From contig WJIZ01000024.1 of assembly GCA_014729995.1 (NCBI GenBank), forward strand, positions 736-64,735: 64,000 bases of DNA. The letters run 5' to 3'. Of this stretch, positions 55,219-64,000 are shown piece after piece. Within the stretch, counting starts at the first letter, position 1. Every line of letters begins with the position of its first letter. Made by a program: the position numbers and the translations under genes. Below the pieces are notes generated by a model. The model ran no database searches, had not been told where the DNA came from, and saw nothing but the letters and a program-made list of their open reading frames with translations. Source of the stretch: Candidatus Woesearchaeota archaeon (lineage in GTDB: Archaea > Nanobdellota > Nanobdellia > Woesearchaeales > WJIZ01).

Positions 55219-56064
55219 ATGCTGTTAAGATTAAAAGAGGAGTTGGGAAGCATGACCAATGCTTTTGACATAATCTATGTTCTTGAAGGCAATAAGCCGG
55301 GGGCGAGAATAATGTACCACGGGAATAAAAGAATACTGCGGCTATTAAAAGACATGGGGCTTGATTATGCGCTGTCGGATTACAAAGTTTTAAAGCACAC
55401 TGATAAAACGAGGAATTATTCTGACAAGGGCATAAAGGCAGCCAGGCAGGATAGAAGGGAAGGCAGCTTTTTCCTTTATGTTTCAAGAGGCAGGGAATGG
55501 GCTGAAGAAGCAAAGAATGCTGAGGCTGGAGGCAATGACATCCTGCTGGGAAAGCTTTTGGGATATCCTGAATGCTGTGTTGAGTTTTTTGAAAAACATA
55601 AGAAAGAAGCTGCTGAGACCACAAATGACTTTACTGTATTTACATTCAGGGAAAGCAGCGGCATAGTGTTTCCCTGGCAGAACAATTTCTGCTTAAGGGG
55701 ATTTGACATAAGCCTTATATCGCACTTTCCCTGCTCTTTCAAATGCGGGGCAAGCAGGAAGACTGCCGAATCCAACTTCGAAGTTATTGAGAAATACGGG
55801 CATGATGTCCCTGCTTATTTCAGCTCTGCACTTAAATGCGGGATAATGTATGCGCAGGGAGTGGGGGTTTACTGCTTCCCGGGGATTAAAATTGAAGGGA
55901 GGGATTTGCTGTATAACCCGAACCAGGTTATAGCCTCTAACAGAAACGAGCTTTATGGCCTTATAAGGAAGAGGGACAAAATAACCTTATTAGGCAGGGG
56001 CCATTTTCGCATAAGGGATATTGAGATAGAGGATGATCATACTTTCTTTGGCCTGTTCTCATAG
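55219..56064 (+). CDS. conserved hypothetical protein with GYPECC motif
   Basis: LGYPECCVEFF. 28-bp convergent overlap with the next gene. Confidence 0.4.
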   Translation: MLLRLKEELGSMTNAFDIIYVLEGNKPGARIMYHGNKRILRLLKDMGLDYALSDYKVLKHTDKTRNYSDKGIKAARQDRREGSFFLYVSRGREWAEEAKNAEAGGNDILLGKLLGYPECCVEFFEKHKKEAAETTNDFTVFTFRESSGIVFPWQNNFCLRGFDISLISHFPCSFKCGASRKTAESNFEVIEKYGHDVPAYFSSALKCGIMYAQGVGVYCFPGIKIEGRDLLYNPNQVIASNRNELYGLIRKRDKITLLGRGHFRIRDIEIEDDHTFFGLFS

Positions 56065-56576
56065 ACAAACACATCGAAATGCTTTGTAAGGAAATGCCCT
56101 GACTGCTCCAATGTGCGGGGCTGGAAAATCGAGGAATAGACAATAAGCTTTCCGTCCAGCTCTCTTGATACCTTATTCTCGAGCCTTAGTGTAAATTCAG
56201 AGTCTGGCGCTATAAACAGGATGTCATATTTGCTGAAATCTGCCTTATAGAAATCGCTGTTTAAGAAAGCGGCATTATGGATGCCGATCTTCTTCTTCAT
56301 CCTCAAAGAGATGTCAAAGAACTCTTTCTCTATTTCTATCCCGTAAGCGCGCTTAAAGAAAAGAGAAGCTATCATGACTGCAATCCCGTCGCCTGAACCA
56401 AGATCGAGGAAAACTTTTTCCTTATCCCCATACTTCTGGAATATCCTGTATACCTCCTTGGCAATTGAAGGCGCCCAGACACGCTTATTAAGATGCTTTA
56501 CCAAAATACTGTTTTTAAGAAGAAAATTCCTGTGAAGCTCTTCGTAAGCCTGCTTTATCTGCCGGTATTTCTCCAT
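56037..56576 (-). CDS. SAM-dependent methyltransferase
   Basis: VFLDLGSGDGIAVMIAS motif I. Confidence 0.55.
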   Translation of the reverse strand: MEKYRQIKQAYEELHRNFLLKNSILVKHLNKRVWAPSIAKEVYRIFQKYGDKEKVFLDLGSGDGIAVMIASLFFKRAYGIEIEKEFFDISLRMKKKIGIHNAAFLNSDFYKADFSKYDILFIAPDSEFTLRLENKVSRELDGKLIVYSSIFQPRTLEQSGHFLTKHFDVFVYENRPKKV

Positions 56577-56672
56577 ATCGACAGGAGTATTCTGAAGTTT
56601 TTAATGATTTAGAATTTTTATTATCTACATGAAAGTAGAAAAAATTATAAATAAAGAGGGAATTAATGTCAT

Positions 56673-56879
56673 ATGAAAGCTTCACACAAAAGGGAAATCC
56701 TGCTGCTAGTTATCCTAATGGTAATGTTCCAGGCTTTTTTTGTGATTGCGTTCATAAATCTTAAGAGAGAATTGCCGGTCTTCGGGCTGAACATACCATA
56801 CAGGATAGAGGATTATATTATAATTACTTTGTCTTTCTTATCTATAGTAAGAATATTCTGGACACTATTAAAACATTAG
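56673..56879 (+). CDS. small hypothetical membrane protein
   Basis: Two TM helices. Weak call. Confidence 0.25.
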   Translation: MKASHKREILLLVILMVMFQAFFVIAFINLKRELPVFGLNIPYRIEDYIIITLSFLSIVRIFWTLLKH

Positions 56880-57538
56880 ACTTCCTTGTTATGGTACTGC
56901 TTCTGGTATTCCTGTATATTTCTTATAAGGTCTTTATTCATGTACTTATAATCAATAATGTCAAAGAAATCCCTTGACTTTACCAATTCACGAATTTCTT
57001 CAATTTTCCTGACCGGATTAGGCTTCTTCATCTTTCTCTGGTCTGCTATATTTTCCGGAATGGGCTCTGATAACTGCTCTGCTACAAGGTCGTCTCTGGG
57101 CTTGATGTCATATTCGGTCTTTTTCTCCCCTGATTTTTGCTCTGCTAAAAATCCCGGCTTTTTATAGCCTGCAACTTCTTGGGAATATGCATCCTGCTTA
57201 TCATGCTCATTATGCCCTTCTTTTGTTTTTTCCGGCTCGCTTAACTCATCCTCAAGGTTTTCGTGCTGCTCCTCTTCCTGTGAAATACCCTCCAGATTGC
57301 CTTCGGGCTCCCTTATCTCTTCATATATTTCAGCGCTTTTTTCCTTTTGTTTTTCCTGCCTCTGAGCCTGTTTTTTTCCCTGTTTTTTTCCCTGTTTTTT
57401 TCCCTGTTTTTTTCCCTGTTTTTTTCCCTGTTTTTTTCCCTGTTTTTCTTTATTTTCCTGACTATCATTTTCTTCAGTTTCCCTGCCTGTTTCCCCGCTT
57501 AACATGAGCAAGAAGTGTGTATGAAAGTATATAAACAT
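56876..57538 (-). CDS. low-complexity acidic/basic hypothetical protein with (QGKK)x6 repeat
   Basis: The repeat is encoded by a 12-bp tandem array. Confidence 0.4.
   Translation of the reverse strand: MFIYFHTHFLLMLSGETGRETEENDSQENKEKQGKKQGKKQGKKQGKKQGKKQGKKQAQRQEKQKEKSAEIYEEIREPEGNLEGISQEEEQHENLEDELSEPEKTKEGHNEHDKQDAYSQEVAGYKKPGFLAEQKSGEKKTEYDIKPRDDLVAEQLSEPIPENIADQRKMKKPNPVRKIEEIRELVKSRDFFDIIDYKYMNKDLIRNIQEYQKQYHNKEV
57362..57440 (-). repeat. 12-bp tandem repeat (ccctgttttttt, about 6 copies) within a coding region
   Basis: Visible perfect tandem copies. In-frame (QGKK)n. Confidence 0.6.
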
Positions 57539-57544
57539 TCCTAT

Positions 57545-58003
57545 TTAACCCCGTGTATATTTCCTTATTTTTTCGACTGAAGACCTTGAGGGAGTAAGCT
57601 CATCGCTTTTCTGCGCTTCCGAACGGTAGATGAGGCTGTCTTCCACTTTTAATCTTCCGTCAGAGCTTACCCAGTCGTGCTCATCGGCAGCGTATGCTTC
57701 TGAAGGATTCGCTGTTTCGGGCACGTATTTTACAGAAGGCTGCTCTTCCCCAGAGGAGGATTCTTCCTGGACCGTAGTTTCGAGGCTTTCAGGCTGCTCG
57801 AACATCTTGGTTATGTCTACAGGCTCTATGTCGGGAATTTCTATGTCAGGCACTTCATTGCTTCTTTCGAGCTCTGCCTGCGTTCTTTTAATAAGCTCTT
57901 CAGCTTCCTTAGTGTCTTCTTCTCTCTCTTCCTGAAGCTCTCTTAATCTTCTTAATCTTGCTTCTGGCCTGAGCCTGCCAAGTTCTTCTCTGTCGAGTGC
58001 CAT
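57545..58003 (-). CDS. acidic hypothetical protein
   Basis: N-terminus rich in charged coiled-coil-like sequence, then a Ser/Glu-rich region. Confidence 0.4.
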   Translation of the reverse strand: MALDREELGRLRPEARLRRLRELQEEREEDTKEAEELIKRTQAELERSNEVPDIEIPDIEPVDITKMFEQPESLETTVQEESSSGEEQPSVKYVPETANPSEAYAADEHDWVSSDGRLKVEDSLIYRSEAQKSDELTPSRSSVEKIRKYTRG

Positions 58004-58053
58004 GCATTATATAAATGCGGTAGAATATATAAATTTTCTGCAGAATTATAAGT

Positions 58054-60288
58054 TCATTCCATAGGAACCTGGCTCCAAAGAGTCCAGTCATTGGATGGGG
58101 AATAGGCTCCGAAAACAAAGTAAGGGGGCTGGTTCTGGCCGAAATAAGAATACTGCACCTGGCCCCAGGTCTGCCTTCCTGCCTGCGGAGCCCCCATGCC
58201 GTATATCGAAGAGCCGAAATAGCGCCATGTCTTCATCAGGCCGTGAAAATCCGAGATGTCTGTAGACGCGTCTGCGCCGGGCTCAACTGTCAACGCTTTA
58301 TTATAGCCGAATTTCTTTAAAATCTGCAGGGTTTCCTTTACCGGGGTGTTTCCCTGGCCGGGGGCAAGATGGTCGTCCTGATAGCCGTAATTGTCTGTCA
58401 AATGCGTATTTCCTATCATGTTGTTTCTTGCCAGATCAGTTATCTGCTCAGACCACCATTTCCTGAACTCTGATTCATTCTGCTCCGGGGTTGCGCCCTG
58501 CCTTGGCTGGAAATATTTCCTCCACATATTGAGATGACCTGTATCGATAGTTGCCTTTATGTGCTGCTCTGCCATCTTTTCAGCCTGTGCCTTGCTTATC
58601 CCTTTCCTGTACCATGGGTTCTTTGTCTTTCTCAGCTCAAGCCTGCCGTCTTTTGTCCTTGTAAATGCGCTTTCTCCTGCCTTCAGCTGGCCGAGCTCTA
58701 TCTCGGGCTGTGTGAGATATTCGACAAATCGGTCTCTGGTTTTTTGGATAAGCCATTTTAGCTCCTGGGGATGGCCTCCGAAACGGTCAGGAAATATGTT
58801 TTCCATCGTAATTACAATAGGGTTCTTGGGGTCTTTAGAGCGCTCCATTGCATGCAGGGCTGCTTCGGTGTAATGCCTAATCGAATACCTGTCTATATAT
58901 TTTAATGGGTCCACAATGTGCTGCTTTGTCTCTGCTGTGTCCTGGGCCTGCTGCAGCTGAGCTGCTGACGCCTGCCTTGAGTAATTAAATCGTGACCGAT
59001 AGGAATTAATCGCTTCATTGATTACTTCAAGGGGCTGTTTTGTATCGGGGGGGATGATCTGGGCCAATGCCTGAGACGGCACTTTGCTCTCCTGCAGTGC
59101 GAGCTTCCATTTTTCATCTTCCGGAACAGAATCATCAAGCTTCTGGTAGAACTCTTTTGCCTGCTGCAATTTTCCAAGTAATTCTATCTCATCCTTTGCT
59201 CCTGCAGCATACTGTCCTGACCAGCCGCGCGAATGGCCTTCCTGCGTGTCTAAAGTTGCCTGCAGGAAAGCCTCTGTTTGTGTTGTCTTTTCAAAGTCTG
59301 TCAAAGGCCTGCCAAGCTTATGCTCCATAAAAGAGTTCTTCTCTGCTGCCTCTCCCGCGAAATCCTCGAAGCTGAGGTACCTCACTTTGAATTCCCTTGT
59401 TGACTCGTCGAATTCAGGGACTCTTCCGCGTGCGGGATCGTAAGGGTCGACAACTTTCCTGCCTTCGTAATCAACATAGTCTCCTTTTCTTATGGTGCAG
59501 CGGTTGCCGTCTACGTCCACACCATTAGGATCATCTTCCTGCGCTTTCAGCCAGACCGGAAATGCTACCAGCCTGTCTTTTTCCACTGTGCTCATTGCCT
59601 GGCCTGTACGGTCATCGATAAGATAGAATTTCGCATCCTTATCCTCTGTAAGCCTCCTTTTCCACATTATTCTGCCGTCATCGCCTGCTGACAAGGCCTG
59701 ACTAGGCTGCCCTGGCAGATGCATGTCTGTCAGCGGCCTCTCAAACTCGCCTGTATGCACTACCACAGAACCGCCGCCTGCTGTATCTGCAGCGAAATCA
59801 ATAGCCCGCTCAACTTCCTGCTGGCCTGCTCTTGCCCGGTTCATATCGAACTTATAGAGATCGCCGCCCTGCTCTACAGCCCCGGTCATGCCCATTATCT
59901 GGTAGGCTGCATGGGTCGTAAATCCAACATTATTCACAGCGCCTAACTCCCTTATGGCCTGCCTTTGATCCTTGCCGTACATCTCTGGAGTGTGAGCCTG
60001 CCTGTTGCCTGAGATCGCTCCAGGAAAGCCTATCTCAATCTTGCTCAAGCCAGAACGTATCTTGCCATATATGCCCTGGACATTAGGGGCGGAAATTCCC
60101 AGGGGAACGCTCATGCCTACATCCTTAACTCCGAAGCCTGCTCCCTGCACATCCTGGCTTTGGGCAGTGTTAGCTGCGGCCTGCGCTCCTGCGCTGTCCG
60201 GATTTTCTACTGCGCTGCCGTCATAAAACGGCCTGTCCATAGGTCCGTACATATCGTTCAGTGAGTTGTATCCTGAGTAAAACTGCAT
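58054..60288 (-). CDS. large protein with xylose-isomerase-like TIM-barrel (AP-endonuclease-2 fold) signatures split by long insertions
   Basis: VVVHTGE...MENIFPD...IDTGHLNMW...NTHLTDNYGYQDDHLAPGQG...GYNKALTVEP. The region is GC-richer. Confidence 0.45.
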   Translation of the reverse strand: MQFYSGYNSLNDMYGPMDRPFYDGSAVENPDSAGAQAAANTAQSQDVQGAGFGVKDVGMSVPLGISAPNVQGIYGKIRSGLSKIEIGFPGAISGNRQAHTPEMYGKDQRQAIRELGAVNNVGFTTHAAYQIMGMTGAVEQGGDLYKFDMNRARAGQQEVERAIDFAADTAGGGSVVVHTGEFERPLTDMHLPGQPSQALSAGDDGRIMWKRRLTEDKDAKFYLIDDRTGQAMSTVEKDRLVAFPVWLKAQEDDPNGVDVDGNRCTIRKGDYVDYEGRKVVDPYDPARGRVPEFDESTREFKVRYLSFEDFAGEAAEKNSFMEHKLGRPLTDFEKTTQTEAFLQATLDTQEGHSRGWSGQYAAGAKDEIELLGKLQQAKEFYQKLDDSVPEDEKWKLALQESKVPSQALAQIIPPDTKQPLEVINEAINSYRSRFNYSRQASAAQLQQAQDTAETKQHIVDPLKYIDRYSIRHYTEAALHAMERSKDPKNPIVITMENIFPDRFGGHPQELKWLIQKTRDRFVEYLTQPEIELGQLKAGESAFTRTKDGRLELRKTKNPWYRKGISKAQAEKMAEQHIKATIDTGHLNMWRKYFQPRQGATPEQNESEFRKWWSEQITDLARNNMIGNTHLTDNYGYQDDHLAPGQGNTPVKETLQILKKFGYNKALTVEPGADASTDISDFHGLMKTWRYFGSSIYGMGAPQAGRQTWGQVQYSYFGQNQPPYFVFGAYSPSNDWTLWSQVPME

Positions 60289-60359
60289 TTTGGTTTGTGC
60301 TTTTGTGTTTTTTTAATCCTTTGCAGAGATTTTGAAGCTTAAGCGCTGATTCTAAATCC

Positions 60360-61754
60360 CTACCAATTCAGCATGTTGTGGTGCTTCTTAAAATGATGGT
60401 ATATGTTCCATATTGCGCTTCTTACATTGCCTGCTGCAGAAGACTGTGCTTTCTGCATATCCCAGTCCTTCTGCTTTTCAGAGTGCTTTGCCTTTGCCCT
60501 GTCCATCATCTCCTTGACAGACTTAAATGATGAGGAAAAGGGATTTCCTTCGGGCCTCTGCTCCTCAATCTTTTTCCCGCTTTTTGATTCAAAGTCTTCG
60601 CCTGCTTCCTCTAAATAGCGCATCAGCTCGTCTCCCAATGATTCCATAGATACCTTAACAGACTTGTCAACTATCCCGAGCAGCTTAAAATCCTCCCTTG
60701 CCTTAAGCTTCTGGTAATTCTCTATCTGCTCATCCGTCCAGGTGTAGGCCCGAAAGTTTACCTGAACCTTGCCGACATGGATGGGGCCGCGCTGGTATTC
60801 CTGGTGGTAATTCATCTCGGGCCTGGTTCGATAGAGGAAATGGACTAATATACACTGGTTTATCAGGCCGCTGGGCTTTTTTGCCAGTATCTCTATCTCT
60901 ATCATGCTCTGCTCAAAGGCAGCCATTATGTCTGGAGAGTGCATCTTATTCTGGTCCATAGTAAGCCTCTCTATGTTCCTGAGATAGGGCTTTACCCATG
61001 TCATGTACATCTTCACTATCTCGTAATGCTGCCTTAGGTATTTTAGGGTAAAGATTCTCCTGTTCTTGATTTCCTCGTAGGTGTGCTCTTTCCATGCAAG
61101 GAAGCTCCGGAGCTTTCTCTTGAGGACTTCCTTTACCTTGTTGTTGAACTGGGCGCGGTCTTTTTCTACAACATCGTCCACGTCCTCCTGCTTTAAGGGA
61201 TGGGTGTTGAAAAACAAGTCGGGCAGGGTGGTGAACTGAACTTCCCTTGCCATCCCGTAAACAGAGGCGGGATTCTTAGCGCCCTGCTCAACCATATCCA
61301 CCCAGATTCCCTTTAATGTTATTTCCGCAGACTGCCTTGACCTCGATTCTGCGTCGTAGCTGTCAGCATAATAGCCAAGCCTCTCATCAAGTATTCTCAA
61401 TTCCCTTACCAACTGGAATAACTCCTTGACCATCTTTCCGATAGTGGCGAGAAACTGGCTTACCTTGTCCTGCTGGAGCCCGAGCCTCTGCTGTGATGCG
61501 CCGAAAAAAGAGCTGTTTTCCGAAGCAGAGAATACGTCGGTGATTTTTATTATATAGGGAAAGCCCCACATATTCCTAAGATATTCCAATACCCAAAAAT
61601 AAGGCTCTTCGATTGCCATGTTGAAAGCTTCCACTATTAAGCGGTACCTTATTATTGATTCAGGGTAGCCTGTAAACCTGGGCTTGTCGTTCCTGACTTC
61701 CTCGTCATACTCTGAGCTGAATCCCGATTCTTCCAATTCCTCTTCTGTAATCAT
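60360..61754 (-). CDS. hypothetical protein
   Basis: 464-aa ORF with no recognisable motif. GC-richer than surrounding DNA. Confidence 0.45.
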   Translation of the reverse strand: MITEEELEESGFSSEYDEEVRNDKPRFTGYPESIIRYRLIVEAFNMAIEEPYFWVLEYLRNMWGFPYIIKITDVFSASENSSFFGASQQRLGLQQDKVSQFLATIGKMVKELFQLVRELRILDERLGYYADSYDAESRSRQSAEITLKGIWVDMVEQGAKNPASVYGMAREVQFTTLPDLFFNTHPLKQEDVDDVVEKDRAQFNNKVKEVLKRKLRSFLAWKEHTYEEIKNRRIFTLKYLRQHYEIVKMYMTWVKPYLRNIERLTMDQNKMHSPDIMAAFEQSMIEIEILAKKPSGLINQCILVHFLYRTRPEMNYHQEYQRGPIHVGKVQVNFRAYTWTDEQIENYQKLKAREDFKLLGIVDKSVKVSMESLGDELMRYLEEAGEDFESKSGKKIEEQRPEGNPFSSSFKSVKEMMDRAKAKHSEKQKDWDMQKAQSSAAGNVRSAIWNIYHHFKKHHNMLNW

Positions 61755-61796
61755 ATATCTCTCCCCTATTTTAAGGTATAAATATCTTATGATTTT

Positions 61797-62060
61797 TTAG
61801 TGTCTTGACTTATACAATGCTGCTGTACTGCCTATCTTTCTTATTAAAACCGCTCCTGTGCGGCTTATCATCTCTTTTATATGCTGCTCTTTGCCTTCCG
61901 CTGCGGGCTTCAAAAACCTTACCTTGACAAGCTTCTTTTTCTTCAGCTGCGACTCTATCTCTTTTAATGCCTGCGGGGTAAGGCCTGCCTTGCCTATCCT
62001 TATGTTTGGCTTCAAATTTGCTGCTTTTTTCCTTAGCTCTTTTATTTCCATCTTAATCAT
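61797..62060 (-). CDS. CRM-domain RNA-binding protein (YhbY-like)
   Basis: ELRKKAANLKPNIRIGKAGLTPQALKEIESQLKKKKLVKVRFL. Start ATG at 62060 or 62051 overlaps the upstream stop; the track ORF over-extends. Confidence 0.5.
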   Translation of the reverse strand: MIKMEIKELRKKAANLKPNIRIGKAGLTPQALKEIESQLKKKKLVKVRFLKPAAEGKEQHIKEMISRTGAVLIRKIGSTAALYKSRH

Positions 62061-63774
62061 GGGTGTGGTGGTGCACAGGCCTGTCATGGCCGAGCGACTG
62101 CCTGTTTTTAAGATCTTCAATATGCGCCAGCTTATGCTGGATGAGCTTATCCATGTCATTGCCGAACCTCTCTATCAGCACTGAAACATGGTCGCCTCCG
62201 AGCAGGTGGGGAATAATGACATAGTCTGCCCCTGAATCGTATAACTGCAGCGCATCTTCTACTTTGTATGCTGTAACAAACACCATTGCCTTCTTGTTGA
62301 CTTCCTTTGTCTTCTTTATCAAGAGGTTATTGTCCCTCTTATCCGGGGAGGTGCTGATGACCATTGCCACCTGCCTTAAGTTGATCCTTTCAATAACCTC
62401 TGCGTCGCTTATGTCGCCGTAGATGCAGTGGATGTTCTGCTTTATCAGGCGCTTGATTACCTCTGGATTATAATCCACCACAAGGAGCTCTTTTTTTAGT
62501 ATATGGAGCTTTTTTACGATTGAGTAGCCCATGCGGTCATAACCCACTAAAAGGACATCGTATTGCTTGTCGTGGCTTGCCAGCTCAAGATCCTTGCCGC
62601 CGGATTGTGAAAACCGGTCAAATTTCCTAAGAAAACCCTTTAATGCTGCATATATGCTGTACTCGTATTTTATGAAATAGCTTGTTGCTGCCATGGTGAG
62701 CACTGCTATGATGGCTGTCATGGAGAAAACCTGCTCATTTATGTGCTTCAGGAGCAAACCCTGTGTAGCTATGATCAAAGAGAATTCGCTGGTCTGCGCC
62801 ATGGATATGGAGGTGAGAAATGCAGGCCTTTTCTTGTAGCCGAAAAATGAGGTGATGAATAATGTTACTAAAGGCTTGAGCAGCAAGACTGTGATTATAA
62901 GAGCTGAAGCCATGATAATGTGGGCCTTGTCTATTGAGACGATTGACATGCCCAAGCTTACAAAAAAGATGGTAGAGAAGAAATCCCTCATTGACCTTAC
63001 TTTTCCTATAATCTCTATGCTGTAAGGAAGATTTGCCAATGCTACGCCTGCGACGAAAGCCCCTATAGAGATTGAGAAGCCGAGGCTTGCAAAGAAGAGC
63101 GAAAAAAGGAACAGTATGCTTATTGCGGTAAGGAAGAGCAGTTCCTGGCTTTTGGCAGAAAACTTGAATACAGCAGGGAAGAGGTATTTGTTTGCTGCGA
63201 ACGCTATTATCAGAAGCAAAAGCGCCTTGCCCAGAGCCATCAGGAGTATGGTAAAGTTAAATCCTATAATATTGCCTAATATTGAAATTGCAAATATTGC
63301 AAGAAGGTCTTCCATCAGAAGAAAGCCCACAATTATCCTGCCGTGCAGTGTGTCTAATTCCTTCTTGTCTGAAAGTATCTTGATGACTACCATTGTTGAG
63401 GAGAAAGCAAGGATTATGCCGACATATACAGACTCAAGAGTGCTGAATCCTGCAAGAAGCATTATAAGGAAGCCTGTGGTGAAGAAGATAATCGACTTAG
63501 CAAGGCCGCCCAGCGTAGCCACCATCCCTATGGTCTTAAGCTTGTTAAGGTCTATTTCAAGCCCTACCATGAAAAGAAGGAATGCAATTCCCATCTGGGA
63601 AAGTGTCTCTATTATGCTTCGGTTGGTGATTATCTTTAGAATTGGGCCCAGCAGGAAGCCTGTTATAACATAAGCAGGCACCAAAGGCTGCTTAAGCAGC
63701 CGGGCTAATACAGCGAATACCGAAGCTACTATGATTATCAGGCCTATGTCCATGAATATGTTGTCTGCTATCAT
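62053..63774 (-). CDS. K+/H+ antiporter (CPA2) with C-terminal RCK/TrkA-N domain
   Basis: Twelve or more TM helices, then VLLVGYDRMGYSIVKKL Rossmann. Confidence 0.75.
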   Translation of the reverse strand: MIADNIFMDIGLIIIVASVFAVLARLLKQPLVPAYVITGFLLGPILKIITNRSIIETLSQMGIAFLLFMVGLEIDLNKLKTIGMVATLGGLAKSIIFFTTGFLIMLLAGFSTLESVYVGIILAFSSTMVVIKILSDKKELDTLHGRIIVGFLLMEDLLAIFAISILGNIIGFNFTILLMALGKALLLLIIAFAANKYLFPAVFKFSAKSQELLFLTAISILFLFSLFFASLGFSISIGAFVAGVALANLPYSIEIIGKVRSMRDFFSTIFFVSLGMSIVSIDKAHIIMASALIITVLLLKPLVTLFITSFFGYKKRPAFLTSISMAQTSEFSLIIATQGLLLKHINEQVFSMTAIIAVLTMAATSYFIKYEYSIYAALKGFLRKFDRFSQSGGKDLELASHDKQYDVLLVGYDRMGYSIVKKLHILKKELLVVDYNPEVIKRLIKQNIHCIYGDISDAEVIERINLRQVAMVISTSPDKRDNNLLIKKTKEVNKKAMVFVTAYKVEDALQLYDSGADYVIIPHLLGGDHVSVLIERFGNDMDKLIQHKLAHIEDLKNRQSLGHDRPVHHHTHD

Positions 63775-63929
63775 TTTGCTTTGTTGAAGCTCTCGATATA
63801 GCCTTTTTCAGAAAGGTATGCCAGCAAGAGGTTTTTTACTTTCTCAGCGTCCTTGCTGCCAAAGCCTTTCACGCTGTGGAGCAAGCTTATCTGTTCCTCG
63901 TCCAAACTTATTGATATTCTTTTGGTCAT
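63771..63929 (-). CDS. small ribbon-helix-helix (CopG-like) protein
   Basis: Manual translation gives MTKRISISLDEEQISLLHSVKGF.... ATGA overlap with the antiporter start. Under 60 aa, so absent from the track. Confidence 0.35.
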   Translation of the reverse strand: MTKRISISLDEEQISLLHSVKGFGSKDAEKVKNLLLAYLSEKGYIESFNKAK

Positions 63930-64000
63930 TTACTAATTTGTTACATATATGTTACTTTTTTAATGTTAATTAATTACAAATCTGCATTATTATTTATAAA

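Noticed and set aside
57362-57440. Possible CRISPR array
   Set aside because: The repeats are 12 bp, contiguous with no spacers, and in frame within a CDS. No CRISPR-like repeat-spacer structure or cas genes are seen anywhere in the window.

Overview
This 64 kb window is archaeal chromosomal DNA: it has archaeal tRNA introns, an LSm–L37e pair, cbf5, an S6e–aIF2-gamma pair, class I LysRS, TYW3, an archaeal pilin and TATA-type promoters. It is probably an uncultivated, possibly DPANN-like, archaeon with about 40-45% GC, strong Shine-Dalgarno use and tight gene packing. The most striking feature is a complete diversity-generating retroelement (DGR) at 31.7-34.0 kb. It has a DGR-type reverse transcriptase, a 93-bp template repeat, and a cognate variable repeat at the 3-prime end of a target gene, with mismatches almost exclusively at TR adenines. 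An IS200-family tnpA lies next to it. Both are inserted in the middle of a lysine-biosynthesis cluster (dapB, dapA, lysA, dapL-like aminotransferase, lysC, hom, asd and lysK). Other notable content: a tandem array of PEP-utilising-enzyme (phosphohistidine swivel domain) paralogs interrupted by two hexapeptide acetyltransferase genes, leaving a decayed swivel-domain remnant; a translationally coupled array of four distantly paralogous small proteins of unknown function next to an NTase-HEPN fusion protein; a bacterial-type coaD; a bacterial-like proC-proA-proB operon; a tRNA-Leu(UAG) that appears to carry two introns and a tRNA-Lys(CUU) with a 14-nt intron; a VapBC module; three paralogous surface proteins with C-terminal membrane anchors; and a compositionally GC-richer block of large hypothetical genes (56.9-61.8 kb). 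Many track ORFs are antisense shadow ORFs and were not called.
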